Of a stretch of DNA of 64,000 nt, positions 7,464 through 16,922 are shown piece by piece. A model generated the notes under the pieces. The model saw only the letters and a list, made by a program, of their open reading frames with translations. It made no database searches and was not told the DNA's origin. Every line of letters begins with the position of its first letter. Within the stretch, counting starts at the first letter, position 1. The DNA comes from Candidatus Latescibacterota bacterium. GTDB taxonomy: Bacteria; Latescibacterota; UBA2968. Where the stretch lies: assembly GCA_965208125.1 (NCBI GenBank), contig OZ242320.1, positions 5,376,001-5,440,000 on the forward strand, in the 5' to 3' direction. The position numbers and the translations under genes were made by a program.

Positions 7464-9620
7464 TCATCCTGACTTTATCGACTCTTTCAGCGAGAACGCG
7501 CACACACGGCTCCAATCGCTCCATACCCCATATACATTTCGCGCACGCACGCGCCAATAATATTGCTCGCCCGGGTTCAGCAGCCCTGCAAACTGCGGTT
7601 GCCAGCGCGTCTTCCCCGCGTATGCTGTGCGGCTCACATACCGGTCAAAAGTGGGACACACGCACCACCTGAAATCCGGGTACCTGCTCACCTGTACGTG
7701 ATAATCATCCACCTGTGACCCATTTCCCCCAGGGCTTTTCCAGCGAAACTCAAAATCCGTCTGATTCAACTCTGCGCCATCATCTGGAAACACCAACTCG
7801 GGTATATCCGGCGGTTTAATACAATGCTCCTCCTGCCATCCATAAGTTATCCGAACATTCCGCTTACCCTTTGTCTCGTCTCGATATTGAATGTGATTTT
7901 CACCACAGAACAGCGATGGCAAAGATCGCGTTGCACACTGCAAATCCGTATCAAACCAGATTTTATCCACCCCCACATCCCCGGCGTTCGCACCAGCCCA
8001 CATCGCCACCTGAACATAATATTCGTAACGCGGTCCAACTCGCCATCCCGGATCCCAATCTCCCCGCCAGTCGAACAAAGCCGGATTCAAATACCAGTCC
8101 AGATCTACACACGCACTTGTCCGATGTCCCGTTGCCACCCAGACCGACCGCCAGTCCTTTCCATCCAGAGACAACAATACCTCAAGACCATCTTCCCTGC
8201 TCACCCGCCTGTAGGACAAACCCACTCGCGCTCCGGCAATGGGATATGGTGAACACACCTTCCAGATCATTCGGGAAACGCACTGCTCCTGAATCGGATG
8301 AATAGCAGGCAACCGCTCCGACATTTCCTGTACCACATTCACCTGCTGTTCTACCCTCCCCAGCGCCAGCGGAGTTCGCAAATCGGGCCGATAGACCAGC
8401 TTGCCATTGGAATATCGCACCTCCGGGTGCAACCGACGCCCTCGCACCACCGTCTTGCCCACCTGATCCCAATAGCGCACCAGCTTCTCCCCCGGCCGCA
8501 AGCGCATCGCCATCGTATGGGGTGGCGGCAACTGCATCGTATCCTGTTGCACACGGCCATCTTCCCGAGTCCAGGCACCGCTCGGATTGGTTGGATACAC
8601 AAATTCCCGATTCTTGAACTGCGCGCTGTAATAATCCTTCTCCGCCAGATCCTTTCCCGCCAGCCCCAGATTCCTGTGCGACCTGCTCATCAATTCGGGA
8701 TCCCGCGCCAAGTCGGCGACACTGGCCACCGTGCGGTTATCGCGTTTTAAGAAAAACACCATCTGATCTGTATCGAGCAAATGCCATGCCCCATTTGCCC
8801 ACGCTTCGAAAATCGTATGGCTACACTGCCGCCCTCGACCGTGCCCATCCAAAATACCGCCAACCCATACCTCGCGCGACTTCACCTCCATCGCCTCGCC
8901 CAACCGAGTCGTGGCAATCGCATACCCTATACACCCCTCAAACCCATACGCATTGAACAACTTCACCGGATCGCTCACATCGTCATACCACGACATTCCG
9001 CATCGGCTATCGTAAACCTCATTTACGACAAATTGCCACAACCCTATCATCCGCTCTTCCTCATCCAGATCCCGCCCGCCTATCGCCTCTTTCGCCATCG
9101 CCTCCACCGACCACCAATCCCGCTGTCCATTTGCCACCAACCACGGATTCACCAGATCTGTCTCACCCGTATTCTCGATCACCACATAAAGATTTGGCTC
9201 AAACACCTGATCATAGGGCGGCATACTCGAATTTGGCCCCGGGCAATACACCTCTGGCCCAAGAGTCACAGCATTCGACTCATCCACATACCCACCCATC
9301 TGAACCTCAAACGTTTCTGCCTCCTGCGTCAGATCGACCTGTGCCTCACAAGGCGCCCGGGGCACATGCGCCTCAACGGACTCCATATCCTTAAACTCAT
9401 CCTGCCCGGGATACCGGTCAGAACCAACGGCGATATAATAATACGTCTTCCCCGGTAGCAAATCCGCCGCATCCACAAACCGATCATCTCGGGCAACGCC
9501 GACTTCTTCAAACACACCATCCGCCCGATCCGCGCGATAGATCCGCATCCCCCGAGCGTCCTTGCACGCCACCTGCATCGTAACGCAATTGACAGCCGTA
9601 TCTGAAATTTTGAGTATCAT
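7464..9620 (-). CDS. Hypothetical protein: transglutaminase-like core flanked by fibronectin-III-like domains
   Basis: Candidate Cys-His-Asp triad (GFEGC...SHTIFE...WHLLDTD). FN3-like ends (PGKTYYY; YYWRVRARN...WSDWS). Confidence 0.6.
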   Translation of the reverse strand: MILKISDTAVNCVTMQVACKDARGMRIYRADRADGVFEEVGVARDDRFVDAADLLPGKTYYYIAVGSDRYPGQDEFKDMESVEAHVPRAPCEAQVDLTQEAETFEVQMGGYVDESNAVTLGPEVYCPGPNSSMPPYDQVFEPNLYVVIENTGETDLVNPWLVANGQRDWWSVEAMAKEAIGGRDLDEEERMIGLWQFVVNEVYDSRCGMSWYDDVSDPVKLFNAYGFEGCIGYAIATTRLGEAMEVKSREVWVGGILDGHGRGRQCSHTIFEAWANGAWHLLDTDQMVFFLKRDNRTVASVADLARDPELMSRSHRNLGLAGKDLAEKDYYSAQFKNREFVYPTNPSGAWTREDGRVQQDTMQLPPPHTMAMRLRPGEKLVRYWDQVGKTVVRGRRLHPEVRYSNGKLVYRPDLRTPLALGRVEQQVNVVQEMSERLPAIHPIQEQCVSRMIWKVCSPYPIAGARVGLSYRRVSREDGLEVLLSLDGKDWRSVWVATGHRTSACVDLDWYLNPALFDWRGDWDPGWRVGPRYEYYVQVAMWAGANAGDVGVDKIWFDTDLQCATRSLPSLFCGENHIQYRDETKGKRNVRITYGWQEEHCIKPPDIPELVFPDDGAELNQTDFEFRWKSPGGNGSQVDDYHVQVSRYPDFRWCVCPTFDRYVSRTAYAGKTRWQPQFAGLLNPGEQYYWRVRARNVYGVWSDWSRVCAFSLKESIKSG

Positions 9621-9728
9621 ATCCGATTCTCCCTCCGATCAAAGCGGAAAATCGCTTGATGGATCATCTACAGACATGTTATATTTCCTCAAATCTTCCC
9701 TCCAACCGCCATTCTCAGGAGACACGCC

Positions 9729-10790
9729 ATGAAACTCGTCGAAACCGATCCCAACTCCGGCGCTGAAATTTACCAGCTCATCGACGATCCCCGCCCCGCC
9801 GACAACATCTATGGCGAACAACCCTATTCCTCGGCTGATGGAAGCCGCGTCACAATCCGATATTATCCCCAAAACGACCAGGACGGTGGCCTATCTATTC
9901 TCGACCTTGCAGACGGCAGTCTCCACACAGTACTCGCCGAAGCACCCCATTTCCCCGCCTTTCACGCCTGGGGCGAACACCTCTACTACCAGCAACAAGA
10001 CGGAGACGCGCTCGTGCTCAAACGCTGCAACTATCAGACCCTCAAAAAAGAAGACATCACGACTTTGCCAACCGAAGAGGGCCGATTTAGCTACGGCACC
10101 ACTTCCCAGGACGGGCGTTACTACGCTGCCAGCGTCCATCCCGAAGGCGGATCGAGCAAAGTCTGGTGTACAGACCTCTCAACCGGGAAAAGCAGCACCC
10201 TTGCCCAGCGGGATGACTACCACTTCAAACACGAACAATTCTCCCTCGACGGTAACAACCGCATCCTCATTCAAGCCAATAAAATGCCCGACGTCAAATT
10301 CGTCCATCTCGGCGCCCTTGAACCCGACCGCGAAGGCATCACCTGGTTTCCCGTCGATCGCCCACACACGCCGCGCCCCACCGGCCACGAAGCGTGGATT
10401 GGCACAACCGACCACATCTTCATCTCCACTGGGCAAGACGAAGACAGCGAAGGCAACGTCTGGACTGCGGGCTTGCGCGACAATGCCCCAAATCTGGTCA
10501 GCAAAACTCCCCACCGATTCGGCCACGTCAGCGTCTCCCATTGTGGCCGATACTGGGTTGGGGACGCCACCCAGGAAGAAAACATCCCCATCCACATCGG
10601 TTCCCTCGATTCGGGTCGTCACAAATGCCTCGTCCTCAGCCGCACCGAACACGACAGCAACCAGTGGTCGCACACCCATCCTTACATGACCTCTGACAAC
10701 GCGTGGCTCATCTACACCTCCACCCACAGCGGTCATCCCCAGGTCTATGGTGCAAAAATTCCACAGGAGTTCTTAGACAGTCTTTTATAA
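9729..10790 (+). CDS. Oligogalacturonate-lyase-like beta-propeller protein
   Basis: HEQFS, GHEAW, FGHVSVS and HTHPYMTSDNAWLIYTS...PQVY motifs. SD AGGAG. Confidence 0.7.
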   Translation: MKLVETDPNSGAEIYQLIDDPRPADNIYGEQPYSSADGSRVTIRYYPQNDQDGGLSILDLADGSLHTVLAEAPHFPAFHAWGEHLYYQQQDGDALVLKRCNYQTLKKEDITTLPTEEGRFSYGTTSQDGRYYAASVHPEGGSSKVWCTDLSTGKSSTLAQRDDYHFKHEQFSLDGNNRILIQANKMPDVKFVHLGALEPDREGITWFPVDRPHTPRPTGHEAWIGTTDHIFISTGQDEDSEGNVWTAGLRDNAPNLVSKTPHRFGHVSVSHCGRYWVGDATQEENIPIHIGSLDSGRHKCLVLSRTEHDSNQWSHTHPYMTSDNAWLIYTSTHSGHPQVYGAKIPQEFLDSLL

Positions 10791-10803
10791 GCCTTCAAAA
10801 CCC

Positions 10804-12765
10804 TCACCATCCATGCACCCCATGCCCCGCATCTGGAAACCAGATTATATCCACCACCTTGGAGACCCCAATCCCGAACAAATATCCCACAATTGCCCCG
10901 TACCAAAACGGTAGCGACCGCCTGTAAAGACTCACACCTCCAAACTGGATGACAAAGGTCTTCATCAACCACACAATCAGCAAACAAAACCCGTATCGTC
11001 CCACTGGCAAAGCAATCGCCGCCGGGTGAAACGGCCACCAGGACACCCGTGCCTTCAAATAAGTTAGCACGCCTGCCTCTGCAAACCCAAAAAGCCACAC
11101 CCCCAACTTCTGCGGATCGAACACCGTCAGCTTGCTCCCCTCAATCAACGACACCCTGCCCATCAGCACACCCCAGTCCCACAGCGCCATGTGCCCATTC
11201 AGACCGCCCTCGGTATAACACCGGTAAAGCTGTGCGCCCACAGAAACCACAAAACCCGTCACAAACGCCACCGGGATGCACCCCCAGATCAGCGGATGCC
11301 GCCGCAGATGATCGCCCAACATCCGAAAAAAATGCGTCACCGAAGGGATACACGTAATCCGGATCGGCACCCCGCAAAGCGCGTTGCTATTCACCAGCCA
11401 GATAGACGTCTGTGTCGCAGGTGGCAGATTCGACGTTCCGCCCAGCGCCAGGAGCACATCGGCGCCCTTTCCACCTGCAGGAGACAAAAAAATAAATCCC
11501 GTAGTCGCCGCATATTTGGTAATCCCAAAAAAACAGATAAACAGCAACAATAGCTGCACCAGCATCACGGGAACTCGCATACCGGCAGACACCATCCACC
11601 CGCCCAAAAACACCGCCGAAGACAACAGCCCCAGCCACGCCGTACGATAAGAAACCGGAGACCCGTCATCACCCTCGCGTCCCCTTTCAAACGCCTTTTG
11701 CAGCGTCTCCCGCAAATGCCCCCTGGCGACCCACACCGACCATCCCACCAGAAAAACCAGCGCCCCGTGCGATTCCAGCATCGCGATCTCGCCGCCCATC
11801 GCCGGCTGCCCGGGCAAACCCACCGTAAACCCCGTGCGGTTCAGCAACCCCTTTTTCAAAATATTCACAAAATCGTAAAACCAGAAACTGAACAAAATAT
11901 CCAGCGGGCATAAATACGCCAGCCCCATAATCATCGGCTGCACCCGCAAAAAATAATCCGGAAAATGATGTCCCAGGGGCACGGCTTTGTATGTGGTCGA
12001 ATAAAATAGGGTAATAGGCGGCAAGCTGAGCGCGAAATACCCGATGATATTCCAGCCAATAATCCCCGCCACGAAACCGAACCCAATCCAGAACACCTTA
12101 TTCTTAAACACATCCGGCACCCGACTGCCCTCGGACTGCCTGAGCATATCCATCGGGAACGTCGCCATCGGGAAAACCAGCCGCTCCTTCTCATGCCACT
12201 GTTTGTAAAAAATTACACTCGAAAAAAACCCCGCCCCAACCAGCGACAAACACGCCATTAACCACCAGAACAGCGGCCGCACCCAGGCCAGCCACGGGAT
12301 AGTCCCATCCACCTCCACCCCGGTAAACAACTGCCCGATCACCGCCTCCGATTCCTCTGGAAACAGCCAGCGCGGGAAATAGGGCATCACCACCTCCCGC
12401 ATCCGGTTCTCAGGCGAGGCATAGTGAGCCGGAGCCGCAATATCGGTCACCATATACATCGCCCACCCAATACCCGGCAAATTCCCCACCAGCCACACCA
12501 TGAAAAACACCGTCAACATCTCCATCCGGGACAGTGCCCACCCCCGCGCAAACAGCTTCAACACCGTATTGATCCCCAGCCACACCACAAACGGCAAAGC
12601 CACTGCTACGGGCATGTAATTCTTCACCAGATTCCGTCCGAAATAGGACATGAAAAGCGCCATCCCCACAATCGTGAGCACACCTATCACCAGCGCGCGC
12701 CCCGTCACCCGTTCGCGGAGTGCTCCAGCTCGTTCTTCCACCACCTGCTTTTCATAGGTAGCCAT
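10804..12765 (-). CDS. Large polytopic membrane protein, DUF6785/DUF6784-like putative transporter
   Basis: Many TM segments with YASPEN, WxxxERLxFP and WWPFHP motifs. Paralog of 39132..41108. Confidence 0.75.
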   Translation of the reverse strand: MATYEKQVVEERAGALRERVTGRALVIGVLTIVGMALFMSYFGRNLVKNYMPVAVALPFVVWLGINTVLKLFARGWALSRMEMLTVFFMVWLVGNLPGIGWAMYMVTDIAAPAHYASPENRMREVVMPYFPRWLFPEESEAVIGQLFTGVEVDGTIPWLAWVRPLFWWLMACLSLVGAGFFSSVIFYKQWHEKERLVFPMATFPMDMLRQSEGSRVPDVFKNKVFWIGFGFVAGIIGWNIIGYFALSLPPITLFYSTTYKAVPLGHHFPDYFLRVQPMIMGLAYLCPLDILFSFWFYDFVNILKKGLLNRTGFTVGLPGQPAMGGEIAMLESHGALVFLVGWSVWVARGHLRETLQKAFERGREGDDGSPVSYRTAWLGLLSSAVFLGGWMVSAGMRVPVMLVQLLLLFICFFGITKYAATTGFIFLSPAGGKGADVLLALGGTSNLPPATQTSIWLVNSNALCGVPIRITCIPSVTHFFRMLGDHLRRHPLIWGCIPVAFVTGFVVSVGAQLYRCYTEGGLNGHMALWDWGVLMGRVSLIEGSKLTVFDPQKLGVWLFGFAEAGVLTYLKARVSWWPFHPAAIALPVGRYGFCLLIVWLMKTFVIQFGGVSLYRRSLPFWYGAIVGYLFGIGVSKVVDIIWFPDAGHGVHGW

Positions 12766-12781
12766 CTCCCAACCTTTTTGG

Positions 12782-14050
12782 TCATCGCAATTGCTTCAAC
12801 AGATTCAAAGCCGCATCGACAATCTGCTCGCCACACCCCGGCGCAAAGACGCTCGCTTCCGGCTCGTATCCCCCTTCTTCATAAGACTGCCTCGTCGGCA
12901 AATACCCCACCGAATCATTGGCTAACTCGATCACTATAGTCTGAGAAAACGGAGACCGGGCTTTCAAATCCAACCCCAGTTCCACCAGCAATTCTCCCGG
13001 CACAGCCGCAATCCCCAGGTCCCCAATGCGAAGTGCCTGCACCCATGTCCGCACCCGATCCGGCACATCGGCCATGCGCCTGGTTATTCGGCGCACAAAA
13101 GCGCGCTCGGCCATCGTGGGCCGCTCCATGGACTCAATCTCCTCCACACGCGCCATGTCTGCCTCAGAAGGCTTTGACTTGCGCGCCAGAACCACCTCTT
13201 GCATCGCCGCTCCAAGAGACACATCGGACGCAAAATCCATCTCATTCCACGCCCACAGGACGCCCGCTGCAATCAAACCCGCCACCCGTTCCGCATGCAG
13301 AGAACGGTCTTTCACAGGGCGCTTATCCCCCAACACATCTATATTATTGATATCCCCACACGCGCCATTTGAAAGCGCAGCGACAAAAGAGGCATTCCGC
13401 ATCCGCTGAATCAGCGTTGAAAAAATCCCAAAATAATCCGCAGAAATCGAATACTTGGATTCGGGCATACCGATATAATGCAGCGCGTAATTGGCCAGCA
13501 AACCAATCGCCCCCCCATCAACCCCCTGCAAACACATCACGCCGATCTCCGGATCAATCGGACCCATTGGCGCCACCACATCGGGATTGCCCACCCCGGG
13601 ATTCGTGCGCACCGATCCATCGCTCATGCGATAGCGGCGGTTAAAAACCACGCGGTCTTCCAACGTCCTCCCAAATCCCACCTGCGCAGGCTTTCGGTTC
13701 TGCCACGCCAGCCTCACCGCATTGGCGATCCGATCGATCAAAAACGCCGTATAAGCATCATCGCCCGTGACTGCCCCGGTGTGCGTATGCGTGCAACAAA
13801 TCAAAACCCGTTCCGCACTCAGTTCCGTCTCCTTCGCTATCCGATCCTTAGCGCGGTCCAGATAGTCCCGCTTCACCCCGATCAAATCGCACACCACAAT
13901 TGCCACACCTTCTCCTCCTCGTTCCACCACAAAACTTCGCACATGCAATGGATCGCGCACCTTCTCGGCGAACCGATCCTCAAACGATCCCGGAATCATC
14001 GTACCCAGCGGCGGCGTAATATCCAGACATGCAACCCCTGCGGTGATCAT
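12782..14050 (-). CDS. Neutral/alkaline ceramidase-like metal-dependent amidohydrolase
   Basis: DITPP, CTHTHTG, NRR, NYALH, ISADY, GACGDIN, PGEL and GYLPT...GGYE. Confidence 0.8.
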   Translation of the reverse strand: MITAGVACLDITPPLGTMIPGSFEDRFAEKVRDPLHVRSFVVERGGEGVAIVVCDLIGVKRDYLDRAKDRIAKETELSAERVLICCTHTHTGAVTGDDAYTAFLIDRIANAVRLAWQNRKPAQVGFGRTLEDRVVFNRRYRMSDGSVRTNPGVGNPDVVAPMGPIDPEIGVMCLQGVDGGAIGLLANYALHYIGMPESKYSISADYFGIFSTLIQRMRNASFVAALSNGACGDINNIDVLGDKRPVKDRSLHAERVAGLIAAGVLWAWNEMDFASDVSLGAAMQEVVLARKSKPSEADMARVEEIESMERPTMAERAFVRRITRRMADVPDRVRTWVQALRIGDLGIAAVPGELLVELGLDLKARSPFSQTIVIELANDSVGYLPTRQSYEEGGYEPEASVFAPGCGEQIVDAALNLLKQLR

Positions 14051-14072
14051 AGAACACTCCTTTAGTGGTCAT

Positions 14073-14930
14073 TCAACCCAATCCAAACTGCCGCTTCAAA
14101 AATTCAACCGTCTCCCTGTAAAACCGCGCCTGAATCGCCCCTTGATCCTCCTCTAACACATCCTCTCGCATACGCACCACGCATTCCACGCCCAGCGCAT
14201 CCATCTTCTCCTTCAGCACCTGTCCGAATATCGGATGGTGGATTCCCTGTCCCGCATCCGGCTCGGGGTCCATCGGCAAATTTGGCGTGGTGTACCACAA
14301 CATCACGGGCAGCGCATCTTTAGACACATAATTGATTGCCGAAGCCGCTTTAAACATCGCCCGGGCCTCTGGCTTGTCGAATTCCTCAGGCGAAAATCCA
14401 AAAAATAGCTGTAGCGCCTCGTGCATATATGCCGGCCCTGAAATAATCGTCCGAATGAAATGCGGATCGTACGAACACTGCCCCTGCCACGACGCCACGC
14501 ACGTCAGCCGCGTGGATTGCCGGGCCACTGGATCTTCGCTTTCAGGCTCTGCTTCTTCCCCGCGAAACCCGATCCACATCGAAATCCCGGCCCCCGCAGA
14601 TCCACCTCCTGCCGCCACCCGGGAAGCGTCCAGGTTCCACTCCTCTGACTTCCACCGGATAAACTGAATTGCCCGCTGGCTGTGCTCCATCGCCGCCGGA
14701 TACCGATCCGTTCCCGAAAGCGGATAATTGATCGCCGCCACAGAAATACCCGCCTTCAGACAGCCTTTTAGCAACACCTGCGAAATTCCTGCTTTGTCCC
14801 CACCCCGAAATCCTCCGCCGTGAATATACACATATACTGATGTCAGACCTTCCGAATCCGCCTGATACAGATCCACCACATCCCGCTCGTGATCCCCATA
14901 AGCCACATCTTGAAAAGTCGGTTCGCCCAT
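14073..14930 (-). CDS. Alpha/beta hydrolase (HSL-type esterase)
   Basis: HGGGF oxyanion motif, GGSAG nucleophile, late His (GIHHP). Confidence 0.88.
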   Translation of the reverse strand: MGEPTFQDVAYGDHERDVVDLYQADSEGLTSVYVYIHGGGFRGGDKAGISQVLLKGCLKAGISVAAINYPLSGTDRYPAAMEHSQRAIQFIRWKSEEWNLDASRVAAGGGSAGAGISMWIGFRGEEAEPESEDPVARQSTRLTCVASWQGQCSYDPHFIRTIISGPAYMHEALQLFFGFSPEEFDKPEARAMFKAASAINYVSKDALPVMLWYTTPNLPMDPEPDAGQGIHHPIFGQVLKEKMDALGVECVVRMREDVLEEDQGAIQARFYRETVEFLKRQFGLG

Positions 14931-15039
14931 TTTTCCCCCTTAAAAATGTTATCTGTAATCCCGGCGTTATTGTACCTGTTCGTCTCCCAGAAACACCGCC
15001 ATCAGACAGATCAGGTCAAGGTTAAAGCACTAAGAAACA

Positions 15040-16077
15040 CTACGGTGTTTGAAATTTTCGGAACTTTGTCCGAAACCTCGGTGTTTCAAGCACATCACGG
15101 TTCACCACGGCCTCGGGAATCTCACCCCGAAGAATCTGCGCGGCCTGGCGGAATTTATCGCGCCAGGCTCCTTCAAAGTATTCATCGGTATGCCCCAGGG
15201 AGTGCGGGGATACGACGACATTGTCCATTTTGAGAATCGGATTGTCGGGATCGACAGGCTCCTGTTCGAACACATCCAATCCGGCCCCTCGAATCCATCC
15301 CTGCTGCAGCGCCTGAATGAGCGCAGCTTCGTCGATGACGGGGCCGCGCGAGGTGTTGATCAGGTAGGCCGTGGATTTCATTTTGCGCAATTCTTCTTTT
15401 CCAATCAGATGGTGTGTCTCTTCGCTAAATGGCACGTTGATGCTCAGGAAGTCAGACTCGGCCAGAATCGTATCTATATCTACCAGATCTGCACCGATAT
15501 CGGACACGGCGTCCTGTTCTACGTAGGGGTCACAGGCAAGGTGCCGCATCCCGAACGGCCTGGCCAGTAAAAACATCTCATGGCCGATGTTGCCGACGCC
15601 GATGGAACCGAGGGTCTTGCCGGTCAGACCTTCTCCGTGATACGCATCCCGTTTCGACCAGTATCCCTGGCGGGTTATTCTGTCTTTGTTAATGAGTCGC
15701 ATCGCGAGCGCGAGAATGAAGGTGATGATAGTACACGCCATTGGTCGGCGAACCGCGTCGGGAGCAAAGCAGAGCATGACGCCCGCCTGGGTGAGAGCCC
15801 GAACATTGATGTGGTCGTATCCCACGCCGGTGTAGAGGACTGCGATCAGTTGGTCGTTTTCCGAAAGTGAGCGCTTTGTCCAGTGAGCGGTCCAGGAGAT
15901 AACCAGGTCGCATCCACGTATCTGTTCGGCGCCGACTTCCGGCAGAAACCTATCAAATATCCGGTACTCGACTTCGGGCATCTCATTGAGCAGTTCCAGC
16001 CCCGGGCCGGGAATGGCCAGATTTCCGGCCGGATCAAAGAAATCTCTGGTAATTCCGAGCCTGACTTTCCTCTCCAT
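15040..16077 (-). CDS. D-isomer-specific 2-hydroxyacid dehydrogenase
   Basis: GVGYD, GVGNIG, INTSRG, GLDVFEQEP and SPH. Confidence 0.92.
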   Translation of the reverse strand: MERKVRLGITRDFFDPAGNLAIPGPGLELLNEMPEVEYRIFDRFLPEVGAEQIRGCDLVISWTAHWTKRSLSENDQLIAVLYTGVGYDHINVRALTQAGVMLCFAPDAVRRPMACTIITFILALAMRLINKDRITRQGYWSKRDAYHGEGLTGKTLGSIGVGNIGHEMFLLARPFGMRHLACDPYVEQDAVSDIGADLVDIDTILAESDFLSINVPFSEETHHLIGKEELRKMKSTAYLINTSRGPVIDEAALIQALQQGWIRGAGLDVFEQEPVDPDNPILKMDNVVVSPHSLGHTDEYFEGAWRDKFRQAAQILRGEIPEAVVNRDVLETPRFRTKFRKFQTP

Positions 16078-16139
16078 ATATTCTCTCCTAATTTTTCGTA
16101 CTTAGGGTTTGGTCAGTGATGTATAGCAGTGATCACCGT

Positions 16140-16916
16140 TTACGGAATCGCCATTCTGAAAATGGAATGGCTATCGGGCGCGTTTGAGAGACACCCGTGG
16201 CGATTCACAAGCGGGATCATATCCGTAGTAATGCGATCCACATTGATATAGCGGTAGATCAGGGAACGGCGCCGGTTAGAAGACGTATTAGGACCAGAGC
16301 CGTGGGGCAGACACAGATGAAAAAAGAGGGCATCGCCCGCATTCAGAACAACGGGCACGGCATCGGTGGTATCAAATTCTCCTTCGTCAAACCAGGGCTG
16401 GTCCGAATTGGGGCGTTTCAGGATACCCTGTCGGTGCAGGCCGGGCACAACTTGAAGACAGCCGTTTTCGGGAGTCGCCTCATTTACAGCGATCCAGACA
16501 GTGGCAACTGGAAGAGGAGTCGAATAAAAATAAGGCGCGTCCTGATGCCAGGCATGGGCAGACCCGTAGAAAGCAGGTTTGAGCTGGGCTTCGTCGCCGA
16601 AAAAGCGCAGGTTATCGCCCAGAATATCCCTCATACACGACAGAATGGGTTCACAGGTAGCCACAGACCGAAAAAAAGAATCGTGTCGGACGACGCGGCT
16701 AACTTTGCGGATGCGGTTTAAGGGATTATCGGGGCGAATATCCAGGCGCTGGACCTCGGGTTCGACCTGCACGGCAATTCCGGAATCAAGTTGCCCGAGC
16801 GCAGCGCGATCCAGGTGATCGGCGATCTCTTTGAGAAGCCCCGGCGGAATAAGCCCCTTAACGATGGTAAAACCGTCTGTGTGATAATCCCTGATTTGAT
16901 CGGATGTAAGAGTCAT
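16140..16916 (-). CDS. PhyH-family Fe(II)/2OG dioxygenase
   Basis: WHQD, ENGCLQVVPGLH and HGSGPN...RR. Confidence 0.9.
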   Translation of the reverse strand: MTLTSDQIRDYHTDGFTIVKGLIPPGLLKEIADHLDRAALGQLDSGIAVQVEPEVQRLDIRPDNPLNRIRKVSRVVRHDSFFRSVATCEPILSCMRDILGDNLRFFGDEAQLKPAFYGSAHAWHQDAPYFYSTPLPVATVWIAVNEATPENGCLQVVPGLHRQGILKRPNSDQPWFDEGEFDTTDAVPVVLNAGDALFFHLCLPHGSGPNTSSNRRRSLIYRYINVDRITTDMIPLVNRHGCLSNAPDSHSIFRMAIP

Positions 16917-16922
16917 AAAAAC

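Noticed and set aside
15016-15031. 16-bp inverted match to 46590-46605
   Set aside because: About one such match is expected by chance in 64 kb.
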